A stretch of DNA of 64,000 nt from Alphaproteobacteria bacterium. Lineage in GTDB: Bacteria; Pseudomonadota; Alphaproteobacteria; Micavibrionales; SZUA-601. The notes beneath the pieces were generated by a model. That model did not search any database. It saw nothing but the letters and a program-made list of their open reading frames with translations, and was not told where the DNA came from. Location: positions 648,765 to 712,764 of the forward strand of contig OZ244156.1 in NCBI GenBank assembly GCA_965216395.1. Reading direction: 5' to 3'. This document shows positions 9,980 through 20,751 of this stretch, piece by piece (position 1 is the stretch's first letter; every line of letters starts with the position of its first letter). The translations under genes and the position numbers were made by a program.

Positions 9980-10405
9980 ATGACAACAAAAACAACACTC
10001 GATATGGTTCATGAATTTCACACAGTCTATAATTGCGTTTCATGTGAAAAGCCAAATTTGACCAATAAGGCTGTTAATGATTTTCGTGTTAATTTCTTAC
10101 AAGAAGAATTGGACGAATTAAAAGAAGCTTTAGCCAATAATGACCTTGTTGAAGTTTTAGATGCGCTCACTGATTTGCAATATGTATTGGATGGAACATA
10201 TTTGTCATTTGGTTTACAAGTGGCAAAACAACCTGCATTTGACGAAGTGCACCGCTCTAATATGAGTAAATTAGACGAAAATGGTCATCCCATCATTCGT
10301 GAAAGTGACGGCAAAGTGCTCAAAGGGCCAAATTATTCTAAACCCGATCTGGCCAAGGTTTTGCGCGAAACTTATCCTGAATTAAAGGATCAGTTATCAT
10401 CATGA
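9980..10405 (+). CDS. MazG-like all-alpha nucleoside triphosphate pyrophosphohydrolase family protein
   Basis: 141 aa. EExxE-type metal motif (FLQEELDELKEA) followed by DALTDLQYVLDGT and HRSNMSK, typical of small MazG/HisE-like NTP-PPases. Its stop overlaps the lolD start (ATGA). Confidence 0.6.
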   Translation: MTTKTTLDMVHEFHTVYNCVSCEKPNLTNKAVNDFRVNFLQEELDELKEALANNDLVEVLDALTDLQYVLDGTYLSFGLQVAKQPAFDEVHRSNMSKLDENGHPIIRESDGKVLKGPNYSKPDLAKVLRETYPELKDQLSS

Positions 10406-11088
10406 TGCATGTTTCACCCATCTTAAAACTGGATCATATTCACCATATTTATAACCGCGGTCAGGCTAATCAATTGACCGTTTTGGACGATATTAATTTA
10501 CATGTCAATCAAGGTGAAATTGTGGCCTTAGTGGGACAATCAGGAACAGGTAAATCAACATTATTGCATATTGCGGGTCTGCTTGATCGCGCGGCTTCTG
10601 GTCAGGTGATCATCAATCAAAAAGATACAACTGATTTAAATGATGATCGACGCACCGCAATACGTCGTGAATCAATTGGTTTTGTCTATCAATTTCATCA
10701 TCTTTTACCTGAATTTACCGCCCAAGAAAATGTGGTCTTACCACAGCTTAGCCACGGTATTTCAACTGAAAAAGCACAAAAAAGAGCAGCTGAATTACTG
10801 ATAGAAATGGGTTTAAAAGAACGTTTAAACCATCGCCCTAACCAGTTATCAGGTGGAGAGCAACAACGTGTTGCCATTGCGCGTGCCTTAGCAAATAAAC
10901 CAGATTTGATTTTGGCTGATGAACCAACAGGTAATTTAGATGTCAAAACCGCGGATCTTGTTTTTGATATGTTTTTAGATATTGTGCGTAGTCAAGGCAG
11001 TGGCGCTTTAATTGCTACACATAATCCACAACTCGCCAAACGTATGGATCGAATCCTTAAAATCGAAGGGGGACATATTATTGTCTGA
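10402..11088 (+). CDS. lolD: Lipoprotein-releasing system ATP-binding protein LolD
   Basis: Walker A (GQSGTGKST), ABC signature (LSGGEQQRV) and Walker B (LILADEPT). Confidence 0.92.
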   Translation: MMHVSPILKLDHIHHIYNRGQANQLTVLDDINLHVNQGEIVALVGQSGTGKSTLLHIAGLLDRAASGQVIINQKDTTDLNDDRRTAIRRESIGFVYQFHHLLPEFTAQENVVLPQLSHGISTEKAQKRAAELLIEMGLKERLNHRPNQLSGGEQQRVAIARALANKPDLILADEPTGNLDVKTADLVFDMFLDIVRSQGSGALIATHNPQLAKRMDRILKIEGGHIIV

Positions 11089-14000
11089 TTTGATTGATCC
11101 AAAATTTATTCATCTGCATGTTCATTCGGCTTACTCTCTAGCTGAGGGGGCCATTAAGATTCCCAAATTGCTGGATTTGTGTATGGATAATCAAATGCCG
11201 GCTGTTGCGGTAACCGATACCAATAATATGTTTGGCGCGATGGATTTTGCGATGTCGGCCGTTAAAAAGGGTATTCAGCCGATATTAGGGACACAGTTGG
11301 ATATTTATTTGGAAGCATCGGACAATACTGATCCGAGACATGTTTTAAATAAAACTATTCAAACAGCACCGATCGTCTTACTCGCGCAAAGTGAGTTGGG
11401 CTATAAAAATTTGTGTAAACTGATCAGCCGTGCATATGTGGGTAAAAATGAAACAGGCGAACCCACAGGCCTTAATTTAAAAGAGTTTTCTGGTTTGACG
11501 GAGGGGCTGATTTGTTTAACAGGCGGCCCGGATGGGCCAATCGGGTATTATCTAAAAAATCAAAATAAGGATATATTGAATAAAACAATTAAACAGTTTG
11601 AAACTCTTTTTCCAAAGAGAGTTTATATCGAATTGATGCGTCATGGTGAAAATTGGGATCGTCAATTAGATAACCAAATGATTGAATTGGCGCATGAAAG
11701 AAATATTCCATTGGTCGCAACAAATAATTGTTATTTCCCCAATAAAGACATGTATCGTGCGCATGACGCTTTGCTTTGTATTGCCGCGGGCAGTTATGTG
11801 TCACAAACCGATCGACGCACCGAAACGCCCGATCATTACTTTAAATCACAAGATGAAATGGTGGCTTTATTTAGTGATGTTCCAGAAGCGATCATAAACA
11901 CAGTGCAAATTGCCAAACGGTGTCATTTTATTTTGAAACCGATTGATGTTCAGCTGCCTGAATCCGATACGTCAGAGGGTAGGGACGAAGCTCAAGAGTT
12001 ACGTTATCAATCTGAAAAAGGTTTGGATTGGCGTCTAGAGACCTATGTCTATACCGATGAAATGTCAGATACAGACAAAAAAGAAATTCGCAAAACATAT
12101 TTTGACCGCCTTGAGATGGAGCTTAATATTATCATTGAAATGGGTTTCCCAGGGTATTTTTTGATTGTTGCCGATTTTATCGAATGGTCAAAACAACAAA
12201 ATATCCCTGTGGGCCCTGGTCGTGGATCGGGTGGTGGTTCGGTTGTCGCATGGGCGATTAAAATCATTGATATTGACCCGATTGAATATAGTTTGCTTTT
12301 TGAACGTTTTTTGAATCCAGAACGTGTTTCTATGCCTGATTTTGATGTCGATTTCTGCCAATCGCGCCGCGATGAAGTGATCCAATATGTACAAAGAAAA
12401 TACGGTAAAGACCGTGTCGCTCAGATTATTACCTTTGGTAAATTACAAGCGCGCGCGGTTGTGCGCGATGTGGGACGTGTATTACAAATGCCGTATGGTC
12501 AGGTTAACCGAATTTCTAATATGATCCCTAATAATCCGGCCAAACCAACAACGTTGAAACAGGCTGTTGATGAGGATCCAGAATTTAAACGTCTCTGCGA
12601 TGAGGATGAGGTGGTAAAGCGGCTTATTACAATTGCATTGCAATTAGAGGGGCTCTATCGCCATGCATCCACTCATGCGGCGGGGATTGTGATCGGGAAT
12701 AAACCATTGGAAGAAATTGTCCCCCTTTATCAAGATGCACGTTCAGATATGCCGGCGACACAATATAATTTAAAATATGTCGAGCTTGTGTCATTGGTGA
12801 AATTTGACTTTCTGGGGCTCAAAACACTCACGGTTCTACAAAAAGCGGTTGAATATATCAAAGATTCAACGGGGGATGAGATTGACTTGCTTGCGCTCCC
12901 TATGGAAGATAAAAAGACTTATGATATGCTTTCAACGGGTAAATCAACGGGTGTTTTTCAGTTCGAAGCCAGTTTTATCCAAGATGTGCTACGCAAGGCA
13001 AAACCTAATCGTATTGGCGATTTGATTGCTTTAACATCTTTGAATCGTCCAGGGCCGATGGATAATATTCCCGATTATATTGCTTATAAAAACGGTGAAA
13101 AAGAAATTCAATATCCGCATAATGCTCTGCAAGATATGTTAGAAGAAACCTATGGTATTATGGTTTATCAAGAACAGGTTATGCAGGCGGCACAGGTTTT
13201 GGCCGGCTATACGCTTGGCGGTGCGGATTTGTTACGCCGTGCAATGGGTAAGAAAATTCAAGCAGAAATGGATAAACAAAGAGAGATTTTTGTTGAAGGC
13301 GCGGCGAAAATTTCAAACATCTCTTCAGAAAAAGCCAATGAAATTTTTGATTTGATCTCTAAATTTGCTGGCTATGGTTTTAACAAATCACATGCCGCCG
13401 CTTATTCGATTATCAGTTATCAATCCGCTTATTTAAAAACGTATTATCCGGTTGAGTTTATGGCCGCATTGATGACTTTGGATATGGGAAACACGGATAA
13501 AATTAATTTTTACCGTCAAGATTTACGCCGTATGGGGATTCAGCTTTTACCCCCTGATATTAATCATTCGATTGATTGTTTTAAAGTTGAAGAAACCGAT
13601 CAAGGAAAGGCGATACGTTATGCTTTTGCAGCTTTAAAGGGCGCGGGACAACAAGCCATGCAGAGTTTAGTATCAATACGTGAAGAAACGGGACAATTTA
13701 AAACGATTGATGATTTTATGCGCCGTATTGATATGAAATCTTTCAGTAAAAAGCAGTTTGAAGTTTTAACGTGCGCGGGTGCTTTTGACAGTCTCAACAT
13801 CCCACGATCGTGTTTATATAATGCGAGTGATTATTTAATGCGCCAAGCTAGTCAATGGGCCCAAGAAAAATCATCAGGCCAAGTCAGCTTGTTTGGCCAA
13901 TCACAAGAAGAGAATACATGGCAAGAAAAAGTCATGATTTCGGACGAAGATACTTGGGATCAATTGGAACAATTACAAAAAGAATTTTCAGCTATTGGGT

Positions 14001-14593
14001 TTTATCTTTCGGCGCATCCGCTTGATTCCCAAACCGATATTCTTGAAAAAAATTGTTTTAAATCTTTTTCTGAGGTGAAATCCTATCTCAAAAATTCTAA
14101 ACATCCATCAGCGCGTGTCAAAATGGCGGGTGTCGTTATTAAACGACAAGAAAAACGTTCAGAAAGGGGACGTTTTGCTTTCTTAACTTTGTCAGACCAG
14201 TCTGGGCTGTACGATGTCACGGTTTATACTGAACCTTTAATGACATTTCGTGATATCATGGAAACAGGTAAGATTTTAGCCATTTCAGCCGATGCCACGT
14301 TACGTGATGAAGAAGATATTCGTCTTATTTTGCGTACAGCATCAGTTCTTAACGAAGAACTCGCCGGAAAGATTAGCCATGTTGATATTAAGTTGGAAAA
14401 TGAAGATACGATTGATGAACTTATTCCGTTGATTTCTGATAAATCTAATGGTCCTGTTAAAATATCGCTTACGTTGCCGTTAAAAACCTTACAAAAAACT
14501 GTGACGATCAAATTTGATTATGGTTTTATGCTGCAAGCCGATGATCTTGATTACTTAAAAAGATTAAAAGAAGCACAGGTTTCGACGTCTTAA
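11081..14593 (+). CDS. dnaE: DNA polymerase III subunit alpha
   Basis: PHP domain start (FIHLHVHSAYSLAEGA), polymerase core, OB fold. The tracked ATG at 11012 lies inside lolD. The in-frame TTG at 11081, preceded by GAAGGGGG, is the more plausible start; the exact start is uncertain. Confidence 0.9.
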   Translation: MSDLIDPKFIHLHVHSAYSLAEGAIKIPKLLDLCMDNQMPAVAVTDTNNMFGAMDFAMSAVKKGIQPILGTQLDIYLEASDNTDPRHVLNKTIQTAPIVLLAQSELGYKNLCKLISRAYVGKNETGEPTGLNLKEFSGLTEGLICLTGGPDGPIGYYLKNQNKDILNKTIKQFETLFPKRVYIELMRHGENWDRQLDNQMIELAHERNIPLVATNNCYFPNKDMYRAHDALLCIAAGSYVSQTDRRTETPDHYFKSQDEMVALFSDVPEAIINTVQIAKRCHFILKPIDVQLPESDTSEGRDEAQELRYQSEKGLDWRLETYVYTDEMSDTDKKEIRKTYFDRLEMELNIIIEMGFPGYFLIVADFIEWSKQQNIPVGPGRGSGGGSVVAWAIKIIDIDPIEYSLLFERFLNPERVSMPDFDVDFCQSRRDEVIQYVQRKYGKDRVAQIITFGKLQARAVVRDVGRVLQMPYGQVNRISNMIPNNPAKPTTLKQAVDEDPEFKRLCDEDEVVKRLITIALQLEGLYRHASTHAAGIVIGNKPLEEIVPLYQDARSDMPATQYNLKYVELVSLVKFDFLGLKTLTVLQKAVEYIKDSTGDEIDLLALPMEDKKTYDMLSTGKSTGVFQFEASFIQDVLRKAKPNRIGDLIALTSLNRPGPMDNIPDYIAYKNGEKEIQYPHNALQDMLEETYGIMVYQEQVMQAAQVLAGYTLGGADLLRRAMGKKIQAEMDKQREIFVEGAAKISNISSEKANEIFDLISKFAGYGFNKSHAAAYSIISYQSAYLKTYYPVEFMAALMTLDMGNTDKINFYRQDLRRMGIQLLPPDINHSIDCFKVEETDQGKAIRYAFAALKGAGQQAMQSLVSIREETGQFKTIDDFMRRIDMKSFSKKQFEVLTCAGAFDSLNIPRSCLYNASDYLMRQASQWAQEKSSGQVSLFGQSQEENTWQEKVMISDEDTWDQLEQLQKEFSAIGFYLSAHPLDSQTDILEKNCFKSFSEVKSYLKNSKHPSARVKMAGVVIKRQEKRSERGRFAFLTLSDQSGLYDVTVYTEPLMTFRDIMETGKILAISADATLRDEEDIRLILRTASVLNEELAGKISHVDIKLENEDTIDELIPLISDKSNGPVKISLTLPLKTLQKTVTIKFDYGFMLQADDLDYLKRLKEAQVSTS

Positions 14594-14772
14594 TTTTTTA
14601 AATTAATCACAATAAATACTTGCAATTTATATTGTGAACGTGTAAAAGGCTTGAAACTATTAACTTCACACACGGTTTCGGGCTGATGAACTTGTTTCAG
14701 AATCCCTCCGGTGGCCTTAATACTGAGGCTCACAAGAAATCGTGGAGGACTAACCGGAAAAGGATATAAAAA

Positions 14773-15702
14773 ATGGCTATTCCTACTTTTACTATGCGTC
14801 AGCTTCTTGAGGCGGGCGTTCACTTTGGACACAACACACGTCGTTGGAACCCAAAAATGAAACCATTCATTTTTGGTGAGCGTAATAAGGTTCATATCAT
14901 TGATCTGCAACAGACGGTCCCGATGTTGTATAATGCCCTCAATGAAATTCGTGCTATTGCTGCAAAGGGTGGGCGCGTTCTTTTTGTGGGGACGAAACGT
15001 CAAGCACAGGACAAGGTTCGCGAAGCGGCAGAAAAATCAGGTCAATACTACGTGAATCATCGTTGGTTGGGTGGTATGATGACCAATTGGAAAACGATTT
15101 CCAATTCCATTAAACGTCTAAGTGATTTAGAAAAGATTCTTAATGATGAAAGCGCGTCTGGTTTGACAAAGAAAGAACTTTTAACGCTTGAGCGTGAAAG
15201 AAAGAAGCTTGAGTCAGCTATTGGTGGTATCCGTGAAATGGGTGGGGTGCCAGAAGCTGTTATTGTTATTGACACCAATAAGGAAGATATTGCTATTAAA
15301 GAAGCAAACAAATTGAATATTCCCGTTTTTGCTGTGATTGATACAAATTCTGATCCAGCAGGTATTGATTTCCCCATTCCAGGCAATGACGATTCTTTGC
15401 GCGCGATTGATCTTTACACAGAGCTTTTTACAGGCGCTATTCTTGATGGTATGGCTGAAGAAATGGCTTCTGCAGGTATTGATCTGGGTGCTATGGAACA
15501 GGTTAAAGAGGAAGCGCTAGAAGAAAAGCAAGCGGATAAATCCAAAGAAAAAGCTTCTGAAGAAGCGAAACAGGACGAAAAAAAATCTGCTGTTAAAGTT
15601 GAGAAAAAGACAACAAAACGCGCTACTAAAAAAGCTGAAGAGGATGATTCTGAAGCTGAGACAGTTGAAAAATCAGAGAATAAAAAACAAGCACAAGCTT
15701 AA
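14773..15702 (+). CDS. rpsB: 30S ribosomal protein S2 with long K/E-rich C-terminal extension
   Basis: [15 protein letters not shown]... S2 signature. AAAGGA SD. 309 aa with a ~65-aa charged low-complexity tail. Confidence 0.95.
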   Translation: MAIPTFTMRQLLEAGVHFGHNTRRWNPKMKPFIFGERNKVHIIDLQQTVPMLYNALNEIRAIAAKGGRVLFVGTKRQAQDKVREAAEKSGQYYVNHRWLGGMMTNWKTISNSIKRLSDLEKILNDESASGLTKKELLTLERERKKLESAIGGIREMGGVPEAVIVIDTNKEDIAIKEANKLNIPVFAVIDTNSDPAGIDFPIPGNDDSLRAIDLYTELFTGAILDGMAEEMASAGIDLGAMEQVKEEALEEKQADKSKEKASEEAKQDEKKSAVKVEKKTTKRATKKAEEDDSEAETVEKSENKKQAQA

Positions 15703-15718
15703 GAAAGGATAAATTAAG

Positions 15719-16612
15719 ATGGCAAATATTACAGCTGCACTCGTTAAAGAATTGCGCGAAAAATCAGGCGCAGGAATGATGGATTGTAAAAAAGCACTTT
15801 CTGAAACAAATGGTGATTTAGAAGCAGCGATGGATTGGTTGCGTAAAAAAGGGATTGCTTCTGCTGAGAAAAAGTCATCGCGCGTTGCTGCTGATGGTCT
15901 TGTGTCTGTTGCTGTTTCTGGAAATAAAGGGGCAATCATTGAATTAAACGCTGAGACTGATTTTGTTGCGCGTAATGAGCAATTCCAAACATTCCTTAGT
16001 GAATTAACACAACATGTTTTAGAAAATGGTGCTGATAATCTTGAGAATCAAGCGTTTAAAGGTAAGACAGTTTCAGAATCTGTAACGGATTTGATCGCAA
16101 CAATTGGTGAGAATATTTCACTACGTCGCGCAGAGGTTGTGATGGTCGATAATGGTGTTGTTGCTTCTTATGTTCATTCACCCGTTGCACCGAATATGGG
16201 TAAAATTGCTGTTTTAGTTGCTTTGGAAGGTTCTGATACAGAAAAGCTTAATGCTTTAGGGAAACAAGTTGCTATGCATATTGCCGCAGCAAAGCCAGAG
16301 TCACTGAATATTGCTGATTTAGATCAAGCAAAATTAGACCGTGAACGCGATGTATTGGTTGATCAAGCACGTGCCAGCGGTAAGCCAGAAGAGATCATTG
16401 GTAAAATGGTTGAAGGTCGTTTGCGCAAATATTATGAAGAAGTTGTTTTAAATGAACAAGTTTTTGTAATTGACGGTGAAAATAAAGTGGGTAAAGTTGT
16501 TGAGCAAGCTGGCGCTAAAATAAGTTCTTATACATGTTATGTTCTTGGTGAAGGTATCGAGAAAAAAGATGAGAATTTTGCAGAGGAAGTTGCCGCAGCG
16601 CTTGCAAGCTAG
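15719..16612 (+). CDS. tsf: Elongation factor Ts
   Basis: [27 protein letters not shown]-like N-terminus. Canonical rpsB-tsf pair. Confidence 0.95.
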   Translation: MANITAALVKELREKSGAGMMDCKKALSETNGDLEAAMDWLRKKGIASAEKKSSRVAADGLVSVAVSGNKGAIIELNAETDFVARNEQFQTFLSELTQHVLENGADNLENQAFKGKTVSESVTDLIATIGENISLRRAEVVMVDNGVVASYVHSPVAPNMGKIAVLVALEGSDTEKLNALGKQVAMHIAAAKPESLNIADLDQAKLDRERDVLVDQARASGKPEEIIGKMVEGRLRKYYEEVVLNEQVFVIDGENKVGKVVEQAGAKISSYTCYVLGEGIEKKDENFAEEVAAALAS

Positions 16613-16653
16613 TTTCAATAAATTATTACAAAAATAAAGGAGAGCCAGAAAGA

Positions 16654-17370
16654 ATGAGCAAGCCATTATATAAAAGGGTGTTGCTAAAGCTTTCTGGTGA
16701 AGCCTTGATGGGAGATCAATCTTTTGGTCTGTCTCCTGAAGTTGTTGAAAAGATTGCCCTTGATATAAAAGCTGTTTCTGAAACTGGTACTGAAATTTGT
16801 GTCGTTATCGGGGCAGGGAATATATTCCGTGGTGTTTCTGGTGCTGCGCAGGGGATGGATCGTGCTACGGCTGACTATATGGGGATGCTGGGTACAGTGA
16901 TCAATTGCTTGGCTTTGCAAAATGCTTTAGAGCAAATTGATGTTCAAACCCGTGTTTTAAGTGCCATTCCTATGAGTACTGTGTGTGAACCTTATATTCG
17001 CAGACGTGCCGTACGACATATGGAAAAAGGCCGGGTGGTTATCTTTGCTGCAGGTACTGGTAACCCATATTTTACAACAGATACAGCTTCAGCGTTAAGA
17101 GCGTCCGAAATGCATTGTGATGTTTTGTTTAAGGCCACAAAGGTTGATGGTATTTATTCAGATGACCCAAAAACAAACCCAAATGCAACCCGTTTTGATA
17201 CGATCACGTATATGGATGTTTTATCAAAAGATTTACGGGTTATGGACGCTTCAGCTATTTCTTTAGCGCGAGAAAAAAATATTCCAATAATTGTTTTCTC
17301 TCTTGAAGAAAAAAATGCTATTTTCAAAACATTGTGTGGTCAGGGGACTTTCACAACTGTTTCAAATTAA
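16654..17370 (+). CDS. pyrH: UMP kinase
   Basis: [12 protein letters not shown]...GGGNIFRG-like motif ([10 protein letters not shown]). 238 aa. Confidence 0.95.
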   Translation: MSKPLYKRVLLKLSGEALMGDQSFGLSPEVVEKIALDIKAVSETGTEICVVIGAGNIFRGVSGAAQGMDRATADYMGMLGTVINCLALQNALEQIDVQTRVLSAIPMSTVCEPYIRRRAVRHMEKGRVVIFAAGTGNPYFTTDTASALRASEMHCDVLFKATKVDGIYSDDPKTNPNATRFDTITYMDVLSKDLRVMDASAISLAREKNIPIIVFSLEEKNAIFKTLCGQGTFTTVSN

Positions 17371-17391
17371 AGTAACGAGGAGTTTTAAGTT

Positions 17392-17940
17392 ATGAGTTTT
17401 GATGATATCAAAAAACGTATGGATGGTGCTATTGAAGCTCTTAAAAAAGAATTTGCTGGCCTTCGTACGGGGCGTGCAGCGGTGAGTATGTTAGAACCCG
17501 TTATTGTTGATGCGTATGGGGCTAAAATGCCAATATCGCAAGTAGGCAATATTTCAGCACCAGAGCCACGTTTATTAACGGTCAGTGTTTGGGACGCCAA
17601 TATGGTTACTAATGTTGAAAAGGCTATTCGTGAATCAGGTTTGGGGTTAAATCCACAGCCAGAGGGAACCTTGATCCGTATTCCCGTACCAGAATTAAAT
17701 GAAGAACGCCGTGTTGAATTGGCGAAAGTGGCTGGTAAATACGCCGAACAAGCAAAAATTGCTGTACGCAATGTGCGCCGTGATGGTTTGGATGCATTGA
17801 AACGTGAAGAAAAAGACGGCGATATTTCTGAAGATGAGATGCATTCGCAATCAGATGTTATTCAAAAAATAACGGATGAACATATTCAAAAAATTGATGA
17901 GATGTATTCAAATAAAGAAAAAGAAATCAAAGCGATATAG
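17392..17940 (+). CDS. frr: Ribosome recycling factor
   Basis: 182 aa. LRTGRA...VRNVRRD pattern. Position after pyrH. Confidence 0.95.
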   Translation: MSFDDIKKRMDGAIEALKKEFAGLRTGRAAVSMLEPVIVDAYGAKMPISQVGNISAPEPRLLTVSVWDANMVTNVEKAIRESGLGLNPQPEGTLIRIPVPELNEERRVELAKVAGKYAEQAKIAVRNVRRDGLDALKREEKDGDISEDEMHSQSDVIQKITDEHIQKIDEMYSNKEKEIKAI

Positions 17941-17950
17941 TTAATTTTTA

Positions 17951-18694
17951 ATGTCATCTCTTAATATAAAAAATACGCATACACCACAGCATATTGCCAT
18001 CATTATGGATGGCAATGGCCGTTGGGCACAAAAACGTGGTTTACCTCGTTCTGCGGGTCATAAGGCTGGCGCGGAAGCAACAGAGGCGGTGATACGTGCG
18101 GCGGGTGAAATGGGTGTTCAATATCTTACGCTTTTTGGTTTTTCCACTGAAAATTGGCAAAGACCTGCGGAAGAAGTTTCTCATCTCATGGGATTGTTGC
18201 GATATTATCTTAAAAGTAAAACCGCTGAATTACACAAAAATAATGTTAAATTAACCGTAATAGGTGATCGATCACGTTTGGATAAAGATATTCTCATCAT
18301 GATCGAAAATGCTGAAAATTTAACATCACAAAATGATGCAATCCATGTACAAATCGCCCTTAGTTATAGTGGTCACTGGGATATTACACAGGCTGTAAAA
18401 ACATTAGGAAAAAAAATTGAAACAGGTGAAATGACAGCAGATCAAGTCACATCCCCTTTAATTGCGGATCATTTGTCTACATGCGGTATACCAGATCCTG
18501 ATTTGCTCATTCGTACCAGCGGTGAAGAACGTATTAGTAATTTTATGCTCTGGCAGTGTGCCTATGCTGAGTTCTTCTTCAGTCCAACTTACTGGCCTGA
18601 TTTTTCTAAAGATGATTTAGAGCAGGCGGTCATGACATATCAAAAAAGAAACAGACGATTTGGCGCCAATGTTGCACTTTCTGAACAGGCTTAA
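17951..18694 (+). CDS. uppS: Di-trans,poly-cis-undecaprenyl-diphosphate synthase
   Basis: HIAIIMDGNGRWA and IRTSGEERISNFMLWQ motifs. Confidence 0.93.
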   Translation: MSSLNIKNTHTPQHIAIIMDGNGRWAQKRGLPRSAGHKAGAEATEAVIRAAGEMGVQYLTLFGFSTENWQRPAEEVSHLMGLLRYYLKSKTAELHKNNVKLTVIGDRSRLDKDILIMIENAENLTSQNDAIHVQIALSYSGHWDITQAVKTLGKKIETGEMTADQVTSPLIADHLSTCGIPDPDLLIRTSGEERISNFMLWQCAYAEFFFSPTYWPDFSKDDLEQAVMTYQKRNRRFGANVALSEQA

Positions 18695-19502
18695 TTCTCT
18701 ACAAAAGCGAATTTTATCGGTAATTTTTGTTTTGCCGTTCTTCCTTTATGGGGTGTGGGCTGGTGGTTTTGTATTTTATATCCTTATGATGATAATTGCT
18801 ATGTTGTCTGGATTTGAATGGCTCGATCTCGTGACAAAGACGCGATCACAATCGGTTAATTATTTAATTTTTTGTGTGGTTTCTGTACCCATATCACTGA
18901 GTTTTATTCTTGGTTTTCAGATTGGTTTTCTGGCCTTAGTTTTGTCATGCGCTCTGACCTTTATCTTATCCTTTGTTTTTTTTAGTGATTTTCGGGCGAA
19001 TCCGCCCTTACATATCTTATTTGGTGTTTTTTATATTGGTCTTTCTTTCGCATGTCTTATTTGGCTTCGCAATGATGTTGCAATTTCTGATGATTTGCCA
19101 AACTGGTTTACTGTTTTGTTTTTATTTATTTTGGTTTGGACAACTGATACGGCCGCTTATTTTTCTGGCAAATTGATTGGTGGGGCAAAAATGGCTCCCA
19201 AAATAAGCCCAAATAAAACTTGGGCTGGTTTAATAGGGGCGATTATTGCGACGACATTTATATCTTTTTATGTGGCAAAAATGAATGAAATGCAGCCCTT
19301 GTGGCTTTTTATTCTCTTAGGCGTTGTTTTACCCGTTGTTGCACAAATGGGAGATATCTTTATTTCATTTTTAAAACGTCGTGCAGGTCTAAAAGATACA
19401 GGCCATATTTTACCTGGCCATGGCGGTATTCTTGATCGTTTTGATGGTGTTCTGTCCGCTAGTTTGTTTTATTCATTTATTATGATTTTAGTCACCAACT
19501 AG
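18660..19502 (+). CDS. cdsA: Phosphatidate cytidylyltransferase
   Basis: C-terminal signature KRRAGLKDTGHILPGHGGILDRFD. Polytopic membrane protein. The start is uncertain (18660 or 18669); both overlap the uppS 3' end. Confidence 0.88.
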   Translation: MAPMLHFLNRLNSLQKRILSVIFVLPFFLYGVWAGGFVFYILMMIIAMLSGFEWLDLVTKTRSQSVNYLIFCVVSVPISLSFILGFQIGFLALVLSCALTFILSFVFFSDFRANPPLHILFGVFYIGLSFACLIWLRNDVAISDDLPNWFTVLFLFILVWTTDTAAYFSGKLIGGAKMAPKISPNKTWAGLIGAIIATTFISFYVAKMNEMQPLWLFILLGVVLPVVAQMGDIFISFLKRRAGLKDTGHILPGHGGILDRFDGVLSASLFYSFIMILVTN

Positions 19503-19572
19503 TCTTGCAAATTTTTTTGTATAGCCATAGAATGGCGCAAATTAAAAAACCTTTACAGTTAGTTTTATTATT

Positions 19573-20715
19573 ATGGATTTTATCACCTCTATTCCCGCTT
19601 ATGCTATTCCGTTTCTGGTTGTCTTAAGTGTTCTCGTTTTTATTCATGAATTAGGCCACTATTTAGCCGCACGATGGTGTGGGGTTGTCGTTGAAAGTTT
19701 CTCAATCGGTTTCGGTAAAGAGCTTTTTGGTTTTAACGATAAACACGGCACACGGTGGAAGTTCAGTATGGTGCCTTTAGGTGGCTATGTTCAAATGTAT
19801 GGCGATATGGATCCGGCCAGTAGTGGTGTTGACCCCAAAAAAGTCAAAAAGATGACGAAAAAGCAAAAAGAAGGTGCTTTTTTTAATAAGACTGTAGGTC
19901 AGCGTGCTTTTATTGTGTTTGCCGGTCCAACGATTAATTTTATTTACGCTATTTTGGTGATTGCGGCGCTTTTTTGGGTGAATGGTGAATATTATGCACC
20001 AACAATTATTGGTGGTGTTGTCGAGGATAGTGCTGCAGAACAAGCTGGTTTTGAGCCAGATGACGTTGTTCTAGCCATTAACGACCATAAAATTTATCGT
20101 TTTTCAGATATGCAACGTATTGTCAGCATTAATTTAGATAAAGAAATGCGGTTTTTAATCCAAAGAGGTGATGAAGAATTAACCATCACTGCAAAACCAA
20201 CCTTATCCGAAAAAGTGGATCGGTTTGGCTTTACCCATTCAACAGGGGTATTAGGTATTGTGTCAGTCGGCGAAATTGAAAAAAAGGATCATTCGATTAT
20301 TAGTTCGGTTTACGCTGCCGGTCTTGAAACATGGGATATGTCGGTTTCAACATTAAAAGCTGTGGGGCAAATTTTTGTTGGTTCGCGTGATGTCAAAGAA
20401 TTAGGTGGTGTTATCCGCATTGGTGCCTATGCAAAACAATTTGCTGAAAGTGGTATGGCGTCTCTCATTATGTTTTCTGCCATTATTTCTATCAATTTGG
20501 GTCTAATCAACTTGTTTCCTATTCCCTTACTTGACGGTGGTCATTTGGTTTTTTATGCTTACGAAGCTTTATTGGGTAAGCCTATGAATCAAAAGGTTCG
20601 TGATATCAGTATGAATATCGGTTATTTTTTAATTATAGCGCTTATGATATTTGCGACATTAAACGATTTGGTTCAGCTTAATTTAATGAATTTCTTCTCA
20701 GGTGGTTCACGTTAA
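19573..20715 (+). CDS. rseP: RIP metalloprotease RseP (site-2 protease, M50)
   Basis: HELGHY zinc motif, PDZ-like middle region and C-terminal NLFPIPLLDGGH motif. Confidence 0.92.
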   Translation: MDFITSIPAYAIPFLVVLSVLVFIHELGHYLAARWCGVVVESFSIGFGKELFGFNDKHGTRWKFSMVPLGGYVQMYGDMDPASSGVDPKKVKKMTKKQKEGAFFNKTVGQRAFIVFAGPTINFIYAILVIAALFWVNGEYYAPTIIGGVVEDSAAEQAGFEPDDVVLAINDHKIYRFSDMQRIVSINLDKEMRFLIQRGDEELTITAKPTLSEKVDRFGFTHSTGVLGIVSVGEIEKKDHSIISSVYAAGLETWDMSVSTLKAVGQIFVGSRDVKELGGVIRIGAYAKQFAESGMASLIMFSAIISINLGLINLFPIPLLDGGHLVFYAYEALLGKPMNQKVRDISMNIGYFLIIALMIFATLNDLVQLNLMNFFSGGSR

Positions 20716-20751
20716 ATTGGCCTTAAAAATCACAAGAACAGGGAGTTTTAT

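Noticed and set aside
14686-14769. 27-codon upstream ORF (MNLFQNPSGG…) ending 3 nt before the rpsB ATG
   Set aside because: It has no SD and no compositional support. It is more likely chance within a structured leader.
14590-15003. 137-aa ORF on the minus strand spanning the rpsB leader and 5' end
   Set aside because: It is antisense to a certain gene (rpsB). It has no SD and an odd composition. It is a typical shadow ORF.
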